Origin: Candidatus Limnocylindrales bacterium
GTDB taxonomy: Bacteria > Moduliflexota > Moduliflexia > Moduliflexales > JAUQPW01
NCBI GenBank assembly: GCA_035559535.1
Contig: DATMBG010000058.1
Coordinates: forward strand, 124,001 to 188,000
Direction of reading: 5' to 3'
Length of the DNA stretch: 64,000 nucleotides
Numbering within the stretch: the first letter of the stretch is position 1; each line of letters starts with the position of its first letter. Positions 10,232 through 20,484 of the stretch are shown in pieces. Under the pieces are notes generated by a model, which ran no database searches, was not told where the DNA came from, and saw nothing but the letters and a program-made list of their open reading frames with translations. A program made the translations under genes and the position numbers.

Positions 10232-11374
10232 ATGCATCTACCTATTCTTCCCGGTTCAGTGATCGGTGTACTGGGTAGCGGTCAGCTGGGACGTATGCTG
10301 GCGATTGCTGCGCGACGTATGGGTTATCGGATTCACACTTTTTCTCCTGAAAAGGATACCCCTACCGGTCAGATTGCTGACGTTGAGATGGTAGCCTCCT
10401 ATGAGGATCTGGATGCAGTACGTACCTTTGCCCGTGGGGTAGATGTGGTAACCTTCGAATTTGAAAACGTTTCTGCAGCGGCGGCAGAAGCTGCTGCCGA
10501 ATATGTACCTGTGCGACCCAGTGGATTTGTTTTACATACGACCCAGCATCGCTTACGCGAGAAAACGTTCTTAGCCAAAGCCGGATTTCCGGTTACACCC
10601 TTCCGATCGGTTCGTTCCCTGGAAGACTTGCTTATAGGCGTGCAGGATCTGGGTTTCCCCGCAGTCCTGAAAACAGCAGGTTTTGGTTATGATGGTAAAG
10701 GCCAATCCAAACTCACCTCACCGGATGAAGTCGAATCTGCCTTTCAGGCCCTGGGTGGACAGGAGGCTATTCTTGAAGCGTTTATAGATTTCAGGTGCGA
10801 GGTTTCTGTGGTTGCTGCCCGTGGGGTCGATGGAGCCTTTAGTCACTATGGGCTCATCCAAAACACTCACCGAAACCATATCCTGGATATTTCCGTTGCG
10901 CCGGCCCCCTTACCGCCTGAAATTGCCCGTGAAGCCGTGGAAATCGCCCGTCAAGTGCTTGAGCAACTGGATGTGATCGGCGTACTCTGTATCGAATTTT
11001 TCCTTACCCAGAACGATCAGCTTTTAATTAACGAGTTGGCCCCTCGTCCCCACAACTCAGGTCACTTTACCTTAGATGCCTGCATAACCAGCCAGTTTGA
11101 GCAGCAATTGCGTGCCGTTTGTGGTCTACCCCTTGGCTCAACCCGGCAGCTATGCCCTGCTGCAATGGCCAACTTATTGGGTGATCTCTGGCAAAATGGT
11201 GAACCTCATTGGGCTGCCGCCTGCGCCTTCCCCGAGGTAAAACTTCATCTGTATGGAAAACGCGTTCCTCGCCCAGGCCGTAAAATGGGGCATCTCACGG
11301 CCCTTGCTCCGAGTACCGAAGAAGCCTTGCAGCTTGTTCGTTCGGCACGGGCTGCCCTACACCTCCCGCCTTAA
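10232..11374 (+). CDS. purK: N5-CAIR synthetase
   Basis: GSGQLGRM, GYDGKGQ, NELAPRPHNSGH, RKMGH. Confidence 0.96.
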   Translation: MHLPILPGSVIGVLGSGQLGRMLAIAARRMGYRIHTFSPEKDTPTGQIADVEMVASYEDLDAVRTFARGVDVVTFEFENVSAAAAEAAAEYVPVRPSGFVLHTTQHRLREKTFLAKAGFPVTPFRSVRSLEDLLIGVQDLGFPAVLKTAGFGYDGKGQSKLTSPDEVESAFQALGGQEAILEAFIDFRCEVSVVAARGVDGAFSHYGLIQNTHRNHILDISVAPAPLPPEIAREAVEIARQVLEQLDVIGVLCIEFFLTQNDQLLINELAPRPHNSGHFTLDACITSQFEQQLRAVCGLPLGSTRQLCPAAMANLLGDLWQNGEPHWAAACAFPEVKLHLYGKRVPRPGRKMGHLTALAPSTEEALQLVRSARAALHLPP

Positions 11375-12304
11375 CACCCTCAGGTGAGCTTCCACAGATT
11401 CGGCTAAAGCCTGAAGGTTATAACCTCCTTCCAGCACGGACACAATACGACTGTCACACTTTTCCTGGGCAATTTGCGAAACGATCTCGCTCAGAGAGCG
11501 AAATCCCTCTGTGGTCACCCGGGTATGGGAGAGAGGATCATCCCGGTGGGCATCAAATCCGGCAGAAATGAGGATAAGATCCGGAGCATAGGCCAGAGCC
11601 TGCTTCCTCAGAATAGAGTTAAAAACCGATATATATTCCTGATCTCCGGTTCCTGCCGGTACAGGGATGTTTAAGGTAAATCCCTTTCCTTTTCCGGCTC
11701 CCCTCTCTTCGCTTCCACCGGTTCCCGGATACCAGGGATATTGATGAATACTGAAGTAAAAGACGGTGGGATCTTCATAAAAGATATCTTGGGTTCCATT
11801 GCCATGGTGTACATCCCAATCTATAATTAAGATCTTTTCCAGGTTATAGGTATGTTGGGCATAACGGGCTGCAATGGCTACATTATTGAAAAGGCAAAAA
11901 CCCATGGCTTTATTCGGCTCTGCATGATGACCCGGAGGGCGTACCGCACAAAAAGCTGTGTGTACCCGACCTTGAAGAACCTGGTCGACCGCCGTTAAAG
12001 CTCCCCCTACGGCTTGAAGGGCTACTTCATAAGACTCTGGAGATACCCGAGTATCGGGGTCCAGGTATGTGGCCCCCCCCTCAATATCTCTTTGAAGTTG
12101 ATCCATATAACTCTCAGGATGAACCCATGTAATCTCCTGTCGGGTAGGTAAACGAATAGGGACCTGAATCAGTTCTTCCATTAAACCTGTTCGGTTTAGA
12201 TGTTCTACAATAGCCGTAAGCCGCTCTTTTCTCTCAGGATGGGACTTTCCCGTATTATGTTTCAAATAGACATCGGAATAAATAAAAGCCGTTTTTTTCT
12301 CCAT
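11357..12304 (-). CDS. Histone deacetylase-family Zn hydrolase
   Basis: HPE, RPPGHHA, GFCLFNN, DWDVHHGNGTQ, SAGFDAH, LEGGY; 3' end overlaps the purK 3' end. Confidence 0.95.
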   Translation of the reverse strand: MEKKTAFIYSDVYLKHNTGKSHPERKERLTAIVEHLNRTGLMEELIQVPIRLPTRQEITWVHPESYMDQLQRDIEGGATYLDPDTRVSPESYEVALQAVGGALTAVDQVLQGRVHTAFCAVRPPGHHAEPNKAMGFCLFNNVAIAARYAQHTYNLEKILIIDWDVHHGNGTQDIFYEDPTVFYFSIHQYPWYPGTGGSEERGAGKGKGFTLNIPVPAGTGDQEYISVFNSILRKQALAYAPDLILISAGFDAHRDDPLSHTRVTTEGFRSLSEIVSQIAQEKCDSRIVSVLEGGYNLQALAESVEAHLRVLRREV

Positions 12305-12337
12305 TTTAAGTATTCATCCACGGAAGGCTATGAAAAG

Positions 12338-12435
12338 GGTAGAAGTATGGGGGTGTGAGGGTGTGGGAGTATAGGAGAATATACTTCCATACTTCCATAC
12401 TCCCACACCCCCACACCCTCACACCCCCATACTTC
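12338..12435. repeat. 8-nt tandem-repeat palindrome (GGGAGTRT arm / AYACTCCC arm)
   Basis: agaagtatgggggtgtgagggtgtgggagtat...atactcccacacccccacaccctcacacccccatacttc; same family at 31791 and 59329. Confidence 0.9.
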
Positions 12436-12490
12436 AATGACTTAACGGCCCTTCAGAGTTCTTGAGAGGTAATATTTTTTACCCTTATCA

Positions 12491-13186
12491 TTAAGCAGTT
12501 TTTAGAGTTTTTGCGTAATAATCACAGTAGGCTTTTAGGTCACAAATTTCACACCTGGGTTTTTGGGCTTTACAAATTCGACGTCCGTGATCGATCAGCC
12601 AGTGATGGGCCATGACCCACTTTTCCTTAGGCAGATTCTTCATGAGATCTTCTTCGGTTTCCAGAGGATCACGACCTTTGGCCAAGCCCAGACGATTGGC
12701 TACCCGAAAGACGTGGGTATCCACCGGGATGGTGTCGGCTCCCATGGAGAAAGCCAAGACCACATTGGCACACTTTCGTCCAACACCCGGTAGTTGCATC
12801 AGGGTTTCTCGGTCTTGAGGTACTTTTCCCTGAAATTTTTCAACCAGTATTTGACAGGTAGCCAGGATATGCCGGGCTTTGGTTCGATAATAATTACAAC
12901 TTCGAATTTCTTTTTCTAGTGCTTCCGGGGTTAATCGAAGGAAATCTTGGGGATTGGGATATTTTTTAAAAAGATTTTGTGTAATTCGATTAACCAAAGT
13001 ATCCGTACATTGGGCAGAGAGAATACAGGCGATCAGAAGCTGAAACGGGGTTTCAAAGTTTAGTTTAGGGGTTGGAACCGCATGGAGCTTCTCTAAAATT
13101 TCTAAAATTTTGGTAACTTTCTCTTGGGTCAGGGGTCTGTGGTCTACTGTCCCTTGTCTACGGTCTTCTATTTTTACAACAGGCAA
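12491..13186 (-). CDS. nth: Endonuclease III
   Basis: LSAQCTD, HhH LPGVGRKCA, VDTHVFRV, C-x6-C-x2-C-x5-C 4Fe-4S motif; start uncertain. Confidence 0.95.
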   Translation of the reverse strand: MPVVKIEDRRQGTVDHRPLTQEKVTKILEILEKLHAVPTPKLNFETPFQLLIACILSAQCTDTLVNRITQNLFKKYPNPQDFLRLTPEALEKEIRSCNYYRTKARHILATCQILVEKFQGKVPQDRETLMQLPGVGRKCANVVLAFSMGADTIPVDTHVFRVANRLGLAKGRDPLETEEDLMKNLPKEKWVMAHHWLIDHGRRICKAQKPRCEICDLKAYCDYYAKTLKTA

Positions 13187-13197
13187 CGGACAAAGAC

Positions 13198-16100
13198 CTA
13201 TTCCCAGGTGGACAATTCTTGAGTCATATCTTCTATAAGATAAAGTACGGTCGGTTTATAATTTAGAAAAGTCCAGATAAGGATAAAGAAGAAAATAAAA
13301 CCTATTGCGAGTCCTCCCATCCACCCAGAGCTATCATAGAGGTAAAATAAAAGCCGGGTTAAAAGGTGCAGGCTCAAAAATAAAGTACCCAGATAGAGGA
13401 AGGTTCGAATCCGCCAAATCAGACCGAGTAAGATCCCTCCAATACAGAGGGTCATTAAAAAATCTATTCGCCAACTCTCTCCGATCAGGAGCGCTTCCAG
13501 GTAGGAGAGGGTCAAAATAAACAGGGTACCTGAAAATCGAATATAATGGAAAGTTTTAGGAGATAAGGAATTTTTATTTAACCGGGCGATTCCTATCATT
13601 GTTGCCACAATGGGTACGAGATATAGCTGAGGGCTATAGGTAAAAGTTAAGTTTGCCCATGCCAACAGGGTAAATAAACCCCAATTGCCCAGGAACAGGC
13701 TCAGGTAGGTAAGATAAGAGGTGGTTTGGAGGTAGCTCACCCAGAAGTAAAAACCGGCAATAGCCAACAGGGATAGGATTTTATAACCGCTTACCGATGA
13801 GAAGGGAAGCAGTACCAGAGACATGAGAGGTAGCCATAGAGCCGTATAATGGACTAAGCGGACCAGCATATGAACCTGGTATTTTTTAGTTAATTGTCCC
13901 AGTTCCATCAGGACAAAACTGGCTAAAACCAGCCATAAAGTAACGCGCCCCTTTGCAAAGTAGTCAGGTCTGGCCAGGCTCATGAAGAGGATGAGGTAGG
14001 CCAGACCTATTTCCGATAAGTAAAGAAATTTCTCCTGCCGTTCGGTTACGGCTAAACTCGCGTAAAGCAGGGTCAGTCCTGCCAGAGCTAAAAGATTTAA
14101 AACAAAGCTCAGGGGTTGGGGAGAGGGAACATATTTTAAAAATAGTGCCGACATGAAAGCCACAAAGATAGGAAGAACCTTCCAGGCCATGAAGAAATGA
14201 GGAATGGCAAAACTCTTCAAATAGGTTCGACCCGGAATTTCTCCCCGGGCTTCATAATATTTACCCCAGGCAGTCCAGATCCAGCAGAGAAAGACGGTTG
14301 AAAGGCTGAGATAACCGGTTATGAGGTAGGGATTTCCTTGGGGCGTCCATACATTCGTTAACCAGAAAATAAGATAAAGGACTCCGACATCCACCGCGAA
14401 ATTAGCCCCATAAAGCCATTTATTGGCTCCAAAGATATGGGCATAGCGAGTATAAATGAGGGCAGTAATCCAGAGGGTAGCGATCGTTGCCGGAGATACC
14501 TGACCCAGGGTGAGAATCAGACTTACCAGGGTATAGGCAAAAATCAGGGGATAGAAAATATCGATGGTTGTTTGCCTGGCCTGAGGAGAAAGGGACAGGC
14601 TGATCTTTTCAAATATTCTTCTGTTCGAGGGTTGGGTTATTCCATAAATAACCTCTAACCAGGCCCAGGTGAGCAGAATTGAACTTAAAGAGAGATACTC
14701 AAAGTTGATTTCCTGGAGAGAAGCAGTCCCAAAGGAAAAATTTAAGGCAAAGGTAATCAGAAAGAGAAGGAATAGATAAACGGCTTCTCCCTGGAGATAA
14801 AACCCCAGTCCACAGAAAAGGGTGGCAAAAAGAAGGGTATAGGAATCTGAAAAGATATTGGTCAGATTCGAAAAGTACAGCACCAGGGAAGCAAGGAATA
14901 GTACAATGGCCAGGTTAAATAGCGGTTGATGATAGCCCTTTTCTGGGAGGGATAAAATCTGGCAAAGGGTTCTCTGGCTTACCTGGACGGTATGGGCTAT
15001 CAGGAAAAGGACTAAAGCCAGGAGAATAAAGGCAGAATCCCAGGAACTAAAGGGAAGTGGAGCAATCCAGCTTAAATGGATACTACCAAAAAAGAGAATA
15101 AAGGCCGGATAAAGCCAGTACTTAGAGGGGTATAGAAGGATCAAGAAAAGATAAAAGGCTCCCAATTCCATCAGAACTCCCGGATTCTTCCAGGCCAGGA
15201 TAAGAGATAACCCAGAGAGGAACAGGGCGCTATGGATCAATGAATGTGAGTATAAACGGGCCTCTTCTTGCCAGGCAGAGGACCTTTCTCCGGAAAGATC
15301 TAAATCCGCTTTTAACTGAAGACTTTTTTCATAAAAATAGGCCCCTATGAAATAGAGAAGGCTTAACAGGCCTCCCAGGAGACCGTAGGTTTCGGGTGTT
15401 GGATTATTGGAAAGGGAGACCCCATAAAAGATCCCTCCGGCAAAAATACCGGAAGCTAAATAAACCAGAAAGTTGTTGGGATAAATTTGAGTTGTCCAGA
15501 GATAGAAAATACCCAATAATAGAAGTGCCGCAACATGAAAAAAAGAAGGGATAGGGGTTGTTAAAATGAGTCCCAAAGTTACCAGGGAGGCTGCTAAAGG
15601 AACATCCAGGATAGGGATTAACAATTCTTTTGAAACCTGTTTGAATTCCAGCCATTTTATTACCATAATCTGGGTGAGGAAAAGCAGGGTAAGACTTAAG
15701 GGGAGGAGAAATTCTTTTTGCAAATAACTTATCCAAATTCCAAGGGAGAGGGTTAAGAGGATATTGGTGAGATAGATGAAGACCTTACGTTTATATAAAT
15801 AACCACACAGGCCGTAGAGAACGCTATAGGTCAAAAAAATAATCAGAGACCAGATTATGGAGTAAGAAGGAGCCTGGGAGGGAAAGAAAAGGGTTTGAAG
15901 GGACAAGGGGGTTACCAAGGAAGCAGCACTTTCATAATAGAGAACCCCCAGGGTCGTCAAAAGAATAATCATGGATAGGGCGAACGCAAGGTGATAAAGA
16001 GGCCTGGAGAATTTACCGTTTTCTAAATGGGAATATTGGTGTGCCAGATAGGTTTCAATAACCGTCAATGGAATAAAAGCGAAACAGGTCATCGGTAGGG

Positions 16101-17163
16101 AAAAAGGAACCATCTGAAAGAGGGCAATGGCATACAAAGCGCTGAAACACAGGGTACTCAGGTAAACAAACAGGGAACTTTTGTAGACATAAGCCGATAA
16201 AATATATAAAAGGATCGCCAGGGTTAAAGTCACAATCATAACCCCCGGTTGGAGACCCTTTAAGGAGAGCAAAAGGGCCAGAAAGGTTAAGGCATAACCG
16301 GCCAAGGTTAAAGGATGCGTCCATAGGTAAGGAACTCCTTTAGACTTAAGAATGTTTACGCTGAGAGAATATCCTGTATAAACACCGGTTGCCCCCAGGA
16401 GCATCAAAAGAGGAGCATAGTAAGAAAGAGGAAAGTGTAAGGAAATAAAAAAAACACTAAAAACCCCGATAATAATCAAAAAAGTCACGGTCATCTGCTC
16501 TTGGGTTAGAGCAGTCCCTGAAGAAGTCGGAGGGATTTTCTCCGGAATCGGGGTTGGAGAAGGTTTCTCCAGAGAGCCGGAAGGGGTAAATCTTTTACCC
16601 CCAGAAGTATCAGAAATCAGGGGGGCTGCTTCCTGGGTCCTGAAGGAAGAGGTCGATGCAGATTTCCCATTTTTTTTCTCCGGAAGGGAGGAAGAAGTTA
16701 AATCCAGCGAAGATAAGGAGATTTCTTCCTCAGTTCCTTCATCCACTTCAAATTCAAAAGTTCTTTCAGTTTCCGGTAAGGGAGGGGAAACGGGGGTTTC
16801 CTGGATCATGTCCCCGGCAATCTCCTGGGTATCTTCTTCGACGATTCTTTTGGTCTTCTCGAAGGATTTTTTTATGACTTTTTCTGCAAATTCTCTCAAG
16901 ATATCTTCCTTTGGAATAGGAGGAACCTCTTCAGAAGCCTGGAGAAGGATAAGAAGTTCTTGTTTTTTAGCCAGGTAGCGCTCTTTAAGGGGTAAAATAA
17001 CGGACTCTTCCATAACACCTTCTTCCAACCAGGTGTCGCATTGGGAGAGAAAATAATCCACTTTGACCAACTCTTCGTAGAGCGAAGAATAGGAAGGAGC
17101 ACTACAATTGGGACAGTAGAGATAAGGTTCTTGAATTCTTGAATTGCAATTTTTACATTCCAT
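13198..17163 (-). CDS. Very large polytopic membrane protein with N-terminal zinc ribbon
   Basis: CKNC...CPNC, low-complexity linker, then about 1100 aa of repeated hydrophobic helices; AAGGAGG RBS. Confidence 0.8.
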   Translation of the reverse strand: MECKNCNSRIQEPYLYCPNCSAPSYSSLYEELVKVDYFLSQCDTWLEEGVMEESVILPLKERYLAKKQELLILLQASEEVPPIPKEDILREFAEKVIKKSFEKTKRIVEEDTQEIAGDMIQETPVSPPLPETERTFEFEVDEGTEEEISLSSLDLTSSSLPEKKNGKSASTSSFRTQEAAPLISDTSGGKRFTPSGSLEKPSPTPIPEKIPPTSSGTALTQEQMTVTFLIIIGVFSVFFISLHFPLSYYAPLLMLLGATGVYTGYSLSVNILKSKGVPYLWTHPLTLAGYALTFLALLLSLKGLQPGVMIVTLTLAILLYILSAYVYKSSLFVYLSTLCFSALYAIALFQMVPFSLPMTCFAFIPLTVIETYLAHQYSHLENGKFSRPLYHLAFALSMIILLTTLGVLYYESAASLVTPLSLQTLFFPSQAPSYSIIWSLIIFLTYSVLYGLCGYLYKRKVFIYLTNILLTLSLGIWISYLQKEFLLPLSLTLLFLTQIMVIKWLEFKQVSKELLIPILDVPLAASLVTLGLILTTPIPSFFHVAALLLLGIFYLWTTQIYPNNFLVYLASGIFAGGIFYGVSLSNNPTPETYGLLGGLLSLLYFIGAYFYEKSLQLKADLDLSGERSSAWQEEARLYSHSLIHSALFLSGLSLILAWKNPGVLMELGAFYLFLILLYPSKYWLYPAFILFFGSIHLSWIAPLPFSSWDSAFILLALVLFLIAHTVQVSQRTLCQILSLPEKGYHQPLFNLAIVLFLASLVLYFSNLTNIFSDSYTLLFATLFCGLGFYLQGEAVYLFLLFLITFALNFSFGTASLQEINFEYLSLSSILLTWAWLEVIYGITQPSNRRIFEKISLSLSPQARQTTIDIFYPLIFAYTLVSLILTLGQVSPATIATLWITALIYTRYAHIFGANKWLYGANFAVDVGVLYLIFWLTNVWTPQGNPYLITGYLSLSTVFLCWIWTAWGKYYEARGEIPGRTYLKSFAIPHFFMAWKVLPIFVAFMSALFLKYVPSPQPLSFVLNLLALAGLTLLYASLAVTERQEKFLYLSEIGLAYLILFMSLARPDYFAKGRVTLWLVLASFVLMELGQLTKKYQVHMLVRLVHYTALWLPLMSLVLLPFSSVSGYKILSLLAIAGFYFWVSYLQTTSYLTYLSLFLGNWGLFTLLAWANLTFTYSPQLYLVPIVATMIGIARLNKNSLSPKTFHYIRFSGTLFILTLSYLEALLIGESWRIDFLMTLCIGGILLGLIWRIRTFLYLGTLFLSLHLLTRLLFYLYDSSGWMGGLAIGFIFFFILIWTFLNYKPTVLYLIEDMTQELSTWE

Positions 17164-17625
17164 GGATATTTACCTCCTTAAAAGGAGCTCAACCATGGGT
17201 TAGATAAAACTTAGAGATTCTAACCTGAGTAACCATCTAATATCCGTTCCGTTTTGAGATCCTCCCAGGGCTATTTAAGATTGAGACAAACCATCTACCC
17301 TGCATGACCCATACCAAATGGAACCGGAGTCTAACTCTATACGTAGAGCGGGAAGGTATCTATTTACGTTAATTGATTCTAACTTTTATACCGGTTATCC
17401 TGAGGTTGTCAACATTATTTTTCCAGGGATGCCTGTAAATCTATATTAGTCTGGTTAAAAACTTCTTGACATTCTCCAGGGTATCCACTAGGGTATCTCA
17501 TATTTTACTTTTGGGTCCAAGGGGATAAATTTATAAAGGATAGAGATTGACGTTTATTTCGAGGGGTAAATAACCTTGATTTTAAAGGAGACACTGTTTA
17601 TAAATTTAATTTGAGGATTATACCT

Positions 17626-18750
17626 ATGGCGGAAGAAACTCACAGTGAAGGAAAACCAAAAAAGACCAGAATCCGTTCAACGAAACGGGAAACACGGGAA
17701 TCTGAACCCGGTAAAGGAAGACCGGTTCCTTCAGATAAAATATCCGAGCACCTTAGATTGGCCAGGAAGGGTATGGAGATCTTGTCTGGTATCTCCTATC
17801 GAGAGACCCGAGAGAAAGAGAAGTCAGATTTGCGTCCCCATGCTTCTGGACCGACTTCCATTCAAAAACCCGGAGAAGTGGAGAAAATAGAGGCTGATCT
17901 TCCTACCCGTGAGGGACGTACTAAGACCGATTCTCCTGGGTTACGTCCACCGGGCTCCAGAAAGGGTATGGTTCAAGCACCGGGAGAAATCGAAAGAGAA
18001 GTTGGTTTACCTTCCCTGCGGGAAGTTCGTATCAAGGAGCAAGTAACTCGCCCGGGTCAGGTACGTCCTTTACCTTCTTTACCTTTTGGGATTCGAAAAC
18101 CCGGAGAAATTATCAGAGGGAAAGACCTCCCCTTAAAGCGGCCCATACGTGTGAAAGAGATTGAAAAGATACGACCTCTACCCACCGGGGAAGAATTAAT
18201 CCGAAAACCAGGTGAGATCCCAAAATCCTCCTGGGCAACATCGTCGGCTATTTCTGAACCGACAGTCGAAAGGATCGAGCCGGGTTATATCTTAAAAAAC
18301 TCGCAGGGTGAAAAAAAAGGTCAGATTAAATTTTTAGCCTGGACGGCTTTGTTTCTAGGAATTCTTAATTTGATCCTTGTGATGGGAATTTATGGTCTAA
18401 GAACCTTCGTACCTGAGCCTGCCTTCAACCGGTTGGAGGCCACCCAAACGGAATTGATTAAAGAGGTGGGAGATATGAAATATAAATCTTCTTTAAGGAA
18501 TGTAGCCGACACTCTTTTTAAAGCCCGGGTTCTTATAGAAGTTAACAAGGATTATAAGGAAGCCGCTAAGGAGTTGGAAAAGGTCAAGATGGGATTAAAT
18601 TCCCTGGAAGCAGATTTACCTGAGCAGAAAAGAAGAGAAGTTAAAGAACTCCAAAGACAGGTGGAAGCGGCCCTTATCGAAGTACAGAAGGGACCAACCC
18701 CCCTCCAGGAGAAATTAACCGATATTTCTACTCGACTCAATGCCCTTTAG
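17626..18750 (+). CDS. Single-pass membrane protein with xPGE repeats and coiled-coil C-terminus
   Basis: QKPGEV/QAPGEI/RKPGEI/RKPGEI repeats, hydrophobic segment FLAWTALFLGILNLILVMGIYGL, heptad-rich tail; GAGGA RBS before ATG 17626. Confidence 0.75.
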   Translation: MAEETHSEGKPKKTRIRSTKRETRESEPGKGRPVPSDKISEHLRLARKGMEILSGISYRETREKEKSDLRPHASGPTSIQKPGEVEKIEADLPTREGRTKTDSPGLRPPGSRKGMVQAPGEIEREVGLPSLREVRIKEQVTRPGQVRPLPSLPFGIRKPGEIIRGKDLPLKRPIRVKEIEKIRPLPTGEELIRKPGEIPKSSWATSSAISEPTVERIEPGYILKNSQGEKKGQIKFLAWTALFLGILNLILVMGIYGLRTFVPEPAFNRLEATQTELIKEVGDMKYKSSLRNVADTLFKARVLIEVNKDYKEAAKELEKVKMGLNSLEADLPEQKRREVKELQRQVEAALIEVQKGPTPLQEKLTDISTRLNAL

Positions 18751-18865
18751 ATTAAAGTCCAAAGTCCGGAGTCTAAAGTTAGAGGAAGACCCCTTTTAAA
18801 AACCCAAGGTGTCTTTTAGCTAACTTTTGAACCTTTGGATTTTGGGTTTTATTTAGGTTCAATTT

Positions 18866-19939
18866 TTGAAAGTCACGGTCGTTACCCCTTATTACTTTCC
18901 TTCCCTTCGGGGAAATGCTATAGCCGTTCAGCGCCTGGTATCCGGTTTACAACAAAGGAACGTGGAAACCCAGGTGATATCCCTGGAACCTCAAAGGGAG
19001 GAAACTCTGATCTGTGGAGAGGTTCAAAGGTTTAAGCCGGATCTTATTCATGGGATCCATGCCTACCGTAGCGGGAAGATAGCGGTAACTCTCAGCCAAA
19101 AGTTATGAATTCCCCTGGTTATCTCTGTAAGAGGTACCGATATTAACCATCACCTTTTCGATCCAGATAAGCGGCCCGTTGTAGTAGAATCCTTTCTGGT
19201 GGCAACCCGAATTATTGTCTTTGCCCGGTTTATGAAAAATAGACTCTGTGAAGAGTTTCCGGAACTTAAGGACAAAATAGCTATTATTCCCCACACTGTT
19301 AAACTGGAGAGGCGAATTCATGATTTTTCCGATAAATTAAAGCTTACCGGGGAAGAGTTTATTTTTTTAGTTCCTGCCGGTATTCGACCGGTCAAAAATG
19401 TTACTTTTTGTTTAAGGCCTTTGGCCAGACTGCGGGAAAAATACCCTTGTCTCCGATTGGTTTATGCAGGACCTATTTTAGATGAAGAGTATGGAACTCA
19501 ATTTTTGGAGGCCATTAAAGGCCTGGACTGGGTGATTTATTTGGGGGCAGTTCCCCATGAAAATATGTATAGTCTCTTGAATCTGGCAGACGTGGTCATT
19601 AATTCCTCGATCTCCGAGGGTATGCCCAATGCAATTCTGGAGGCTATGAGCCTTGGAAAAGCCGTCTTGGTTTCAAAGATCCCAGGGAACGAAGCCCTTG
19701 TTACAGACGGCCGGGAGGGTTTTACCTTTAGTTCAGAATCTGAATTTTATTCTAAAGCAGAAAGACTTATCCGGGAGGAGGATTTAAGAAAAAAATTGGG
19801 AGCCCGAGCGAAGAAAAAGGTCATTTTAAACTTCTCAAATCGTCGGGAAATTGAAGACCATCTTCAAGTTTATAAGCAGGCCATGGAAGCTTACTTCCCA
19901 AAAAACAGAAGATCTGAGACCTGTTGCAGCCGTCTCTAG
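18866..19939 (+). CDS. GT4-family glycosyltransferase with in-frame TGA at 19106-19108 (pseudogene, sequence error or recoded)
   Basis: ORFs 18866 and 19199 share a frame; reading through gives ...SQKL*IPLVISVRGTDINH...; C-terminal SSISEGMPNAILEAM E-x7-E motif. Confidence 0.8.
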
Positions 19940-19943
19940 AGGT

Positions 19944-20363
19944 CTAACCTTCTGATTTTTTGACAATAAATTTCAGAATATCCATAGGAGTAATAATCCC
20001 AACGACTTTCTGCTCCCTATCCGTTACCACCACCCGACGGATATTCTCCTCTACCATCAGCTTGATGACTTGATCAATGGAATCTTCTTCAACTACAGAG
20101 GAGACAATGGGAACCATAATATTTTCGACATAACCCGGGTACAAGGTTGGGGACTCCCGATATTCTTCCGGTAACAGGTGAGTCTCCAGGATATCTGTCT
20201 TAGACACCACCCCGATTAACTTCCCCGTTTCATCTACCACCGGGGTCCCGCTGATATTTTTCTCGATAAAGAGTCTGGAAAGTTCCTCCGTTGAGGTTTT
20301 TAAGTTGACGCAAACGACCGGTTTGGTCATTACATCTTTCGCTTTTATATCTTTGAGTTTCAT
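19944..20363 (-). CDS. CBS-pair protein
   Basis: AKDVMT, ISGTPVVD, GVVSKTDI, GIITPMDI. Confidence 0.9.
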   Translation of the reverse strand: MKLKDIKAKDVMTKPVVCVNLKTSTEELSRLFIEKNISGTPVVDETGKLIGVVSKTDILETHLLPEEYRESPTLYPGYVENIMVPIVSSVVEEDSIDQVIKLMVEENIRRVVVTDREQKVVGIITPMDILKFIVKKSEG

Positions 20364-20484
20364 GTCTTCAACCTCCCGATATTAAAAATTTTGATAGACA
20401 AAGTGAGAGAAACCTTTTAGAGTTTTCCCTAGAAATTAAGATTTTATATTACGTGATGACCGAATAATAATCAAGGAGATTTTT

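Noticed and set aside
12338..12435. Possible CRISPR array
   Set aside because: 8-nt tandem units without unique spacers; no cas genes.
17170..17610. Riboswitch in the long divergent intergenic region
   Set aside because: Only a short AACCATCTA duplication and promoter-like hexamers; no convincing structure.
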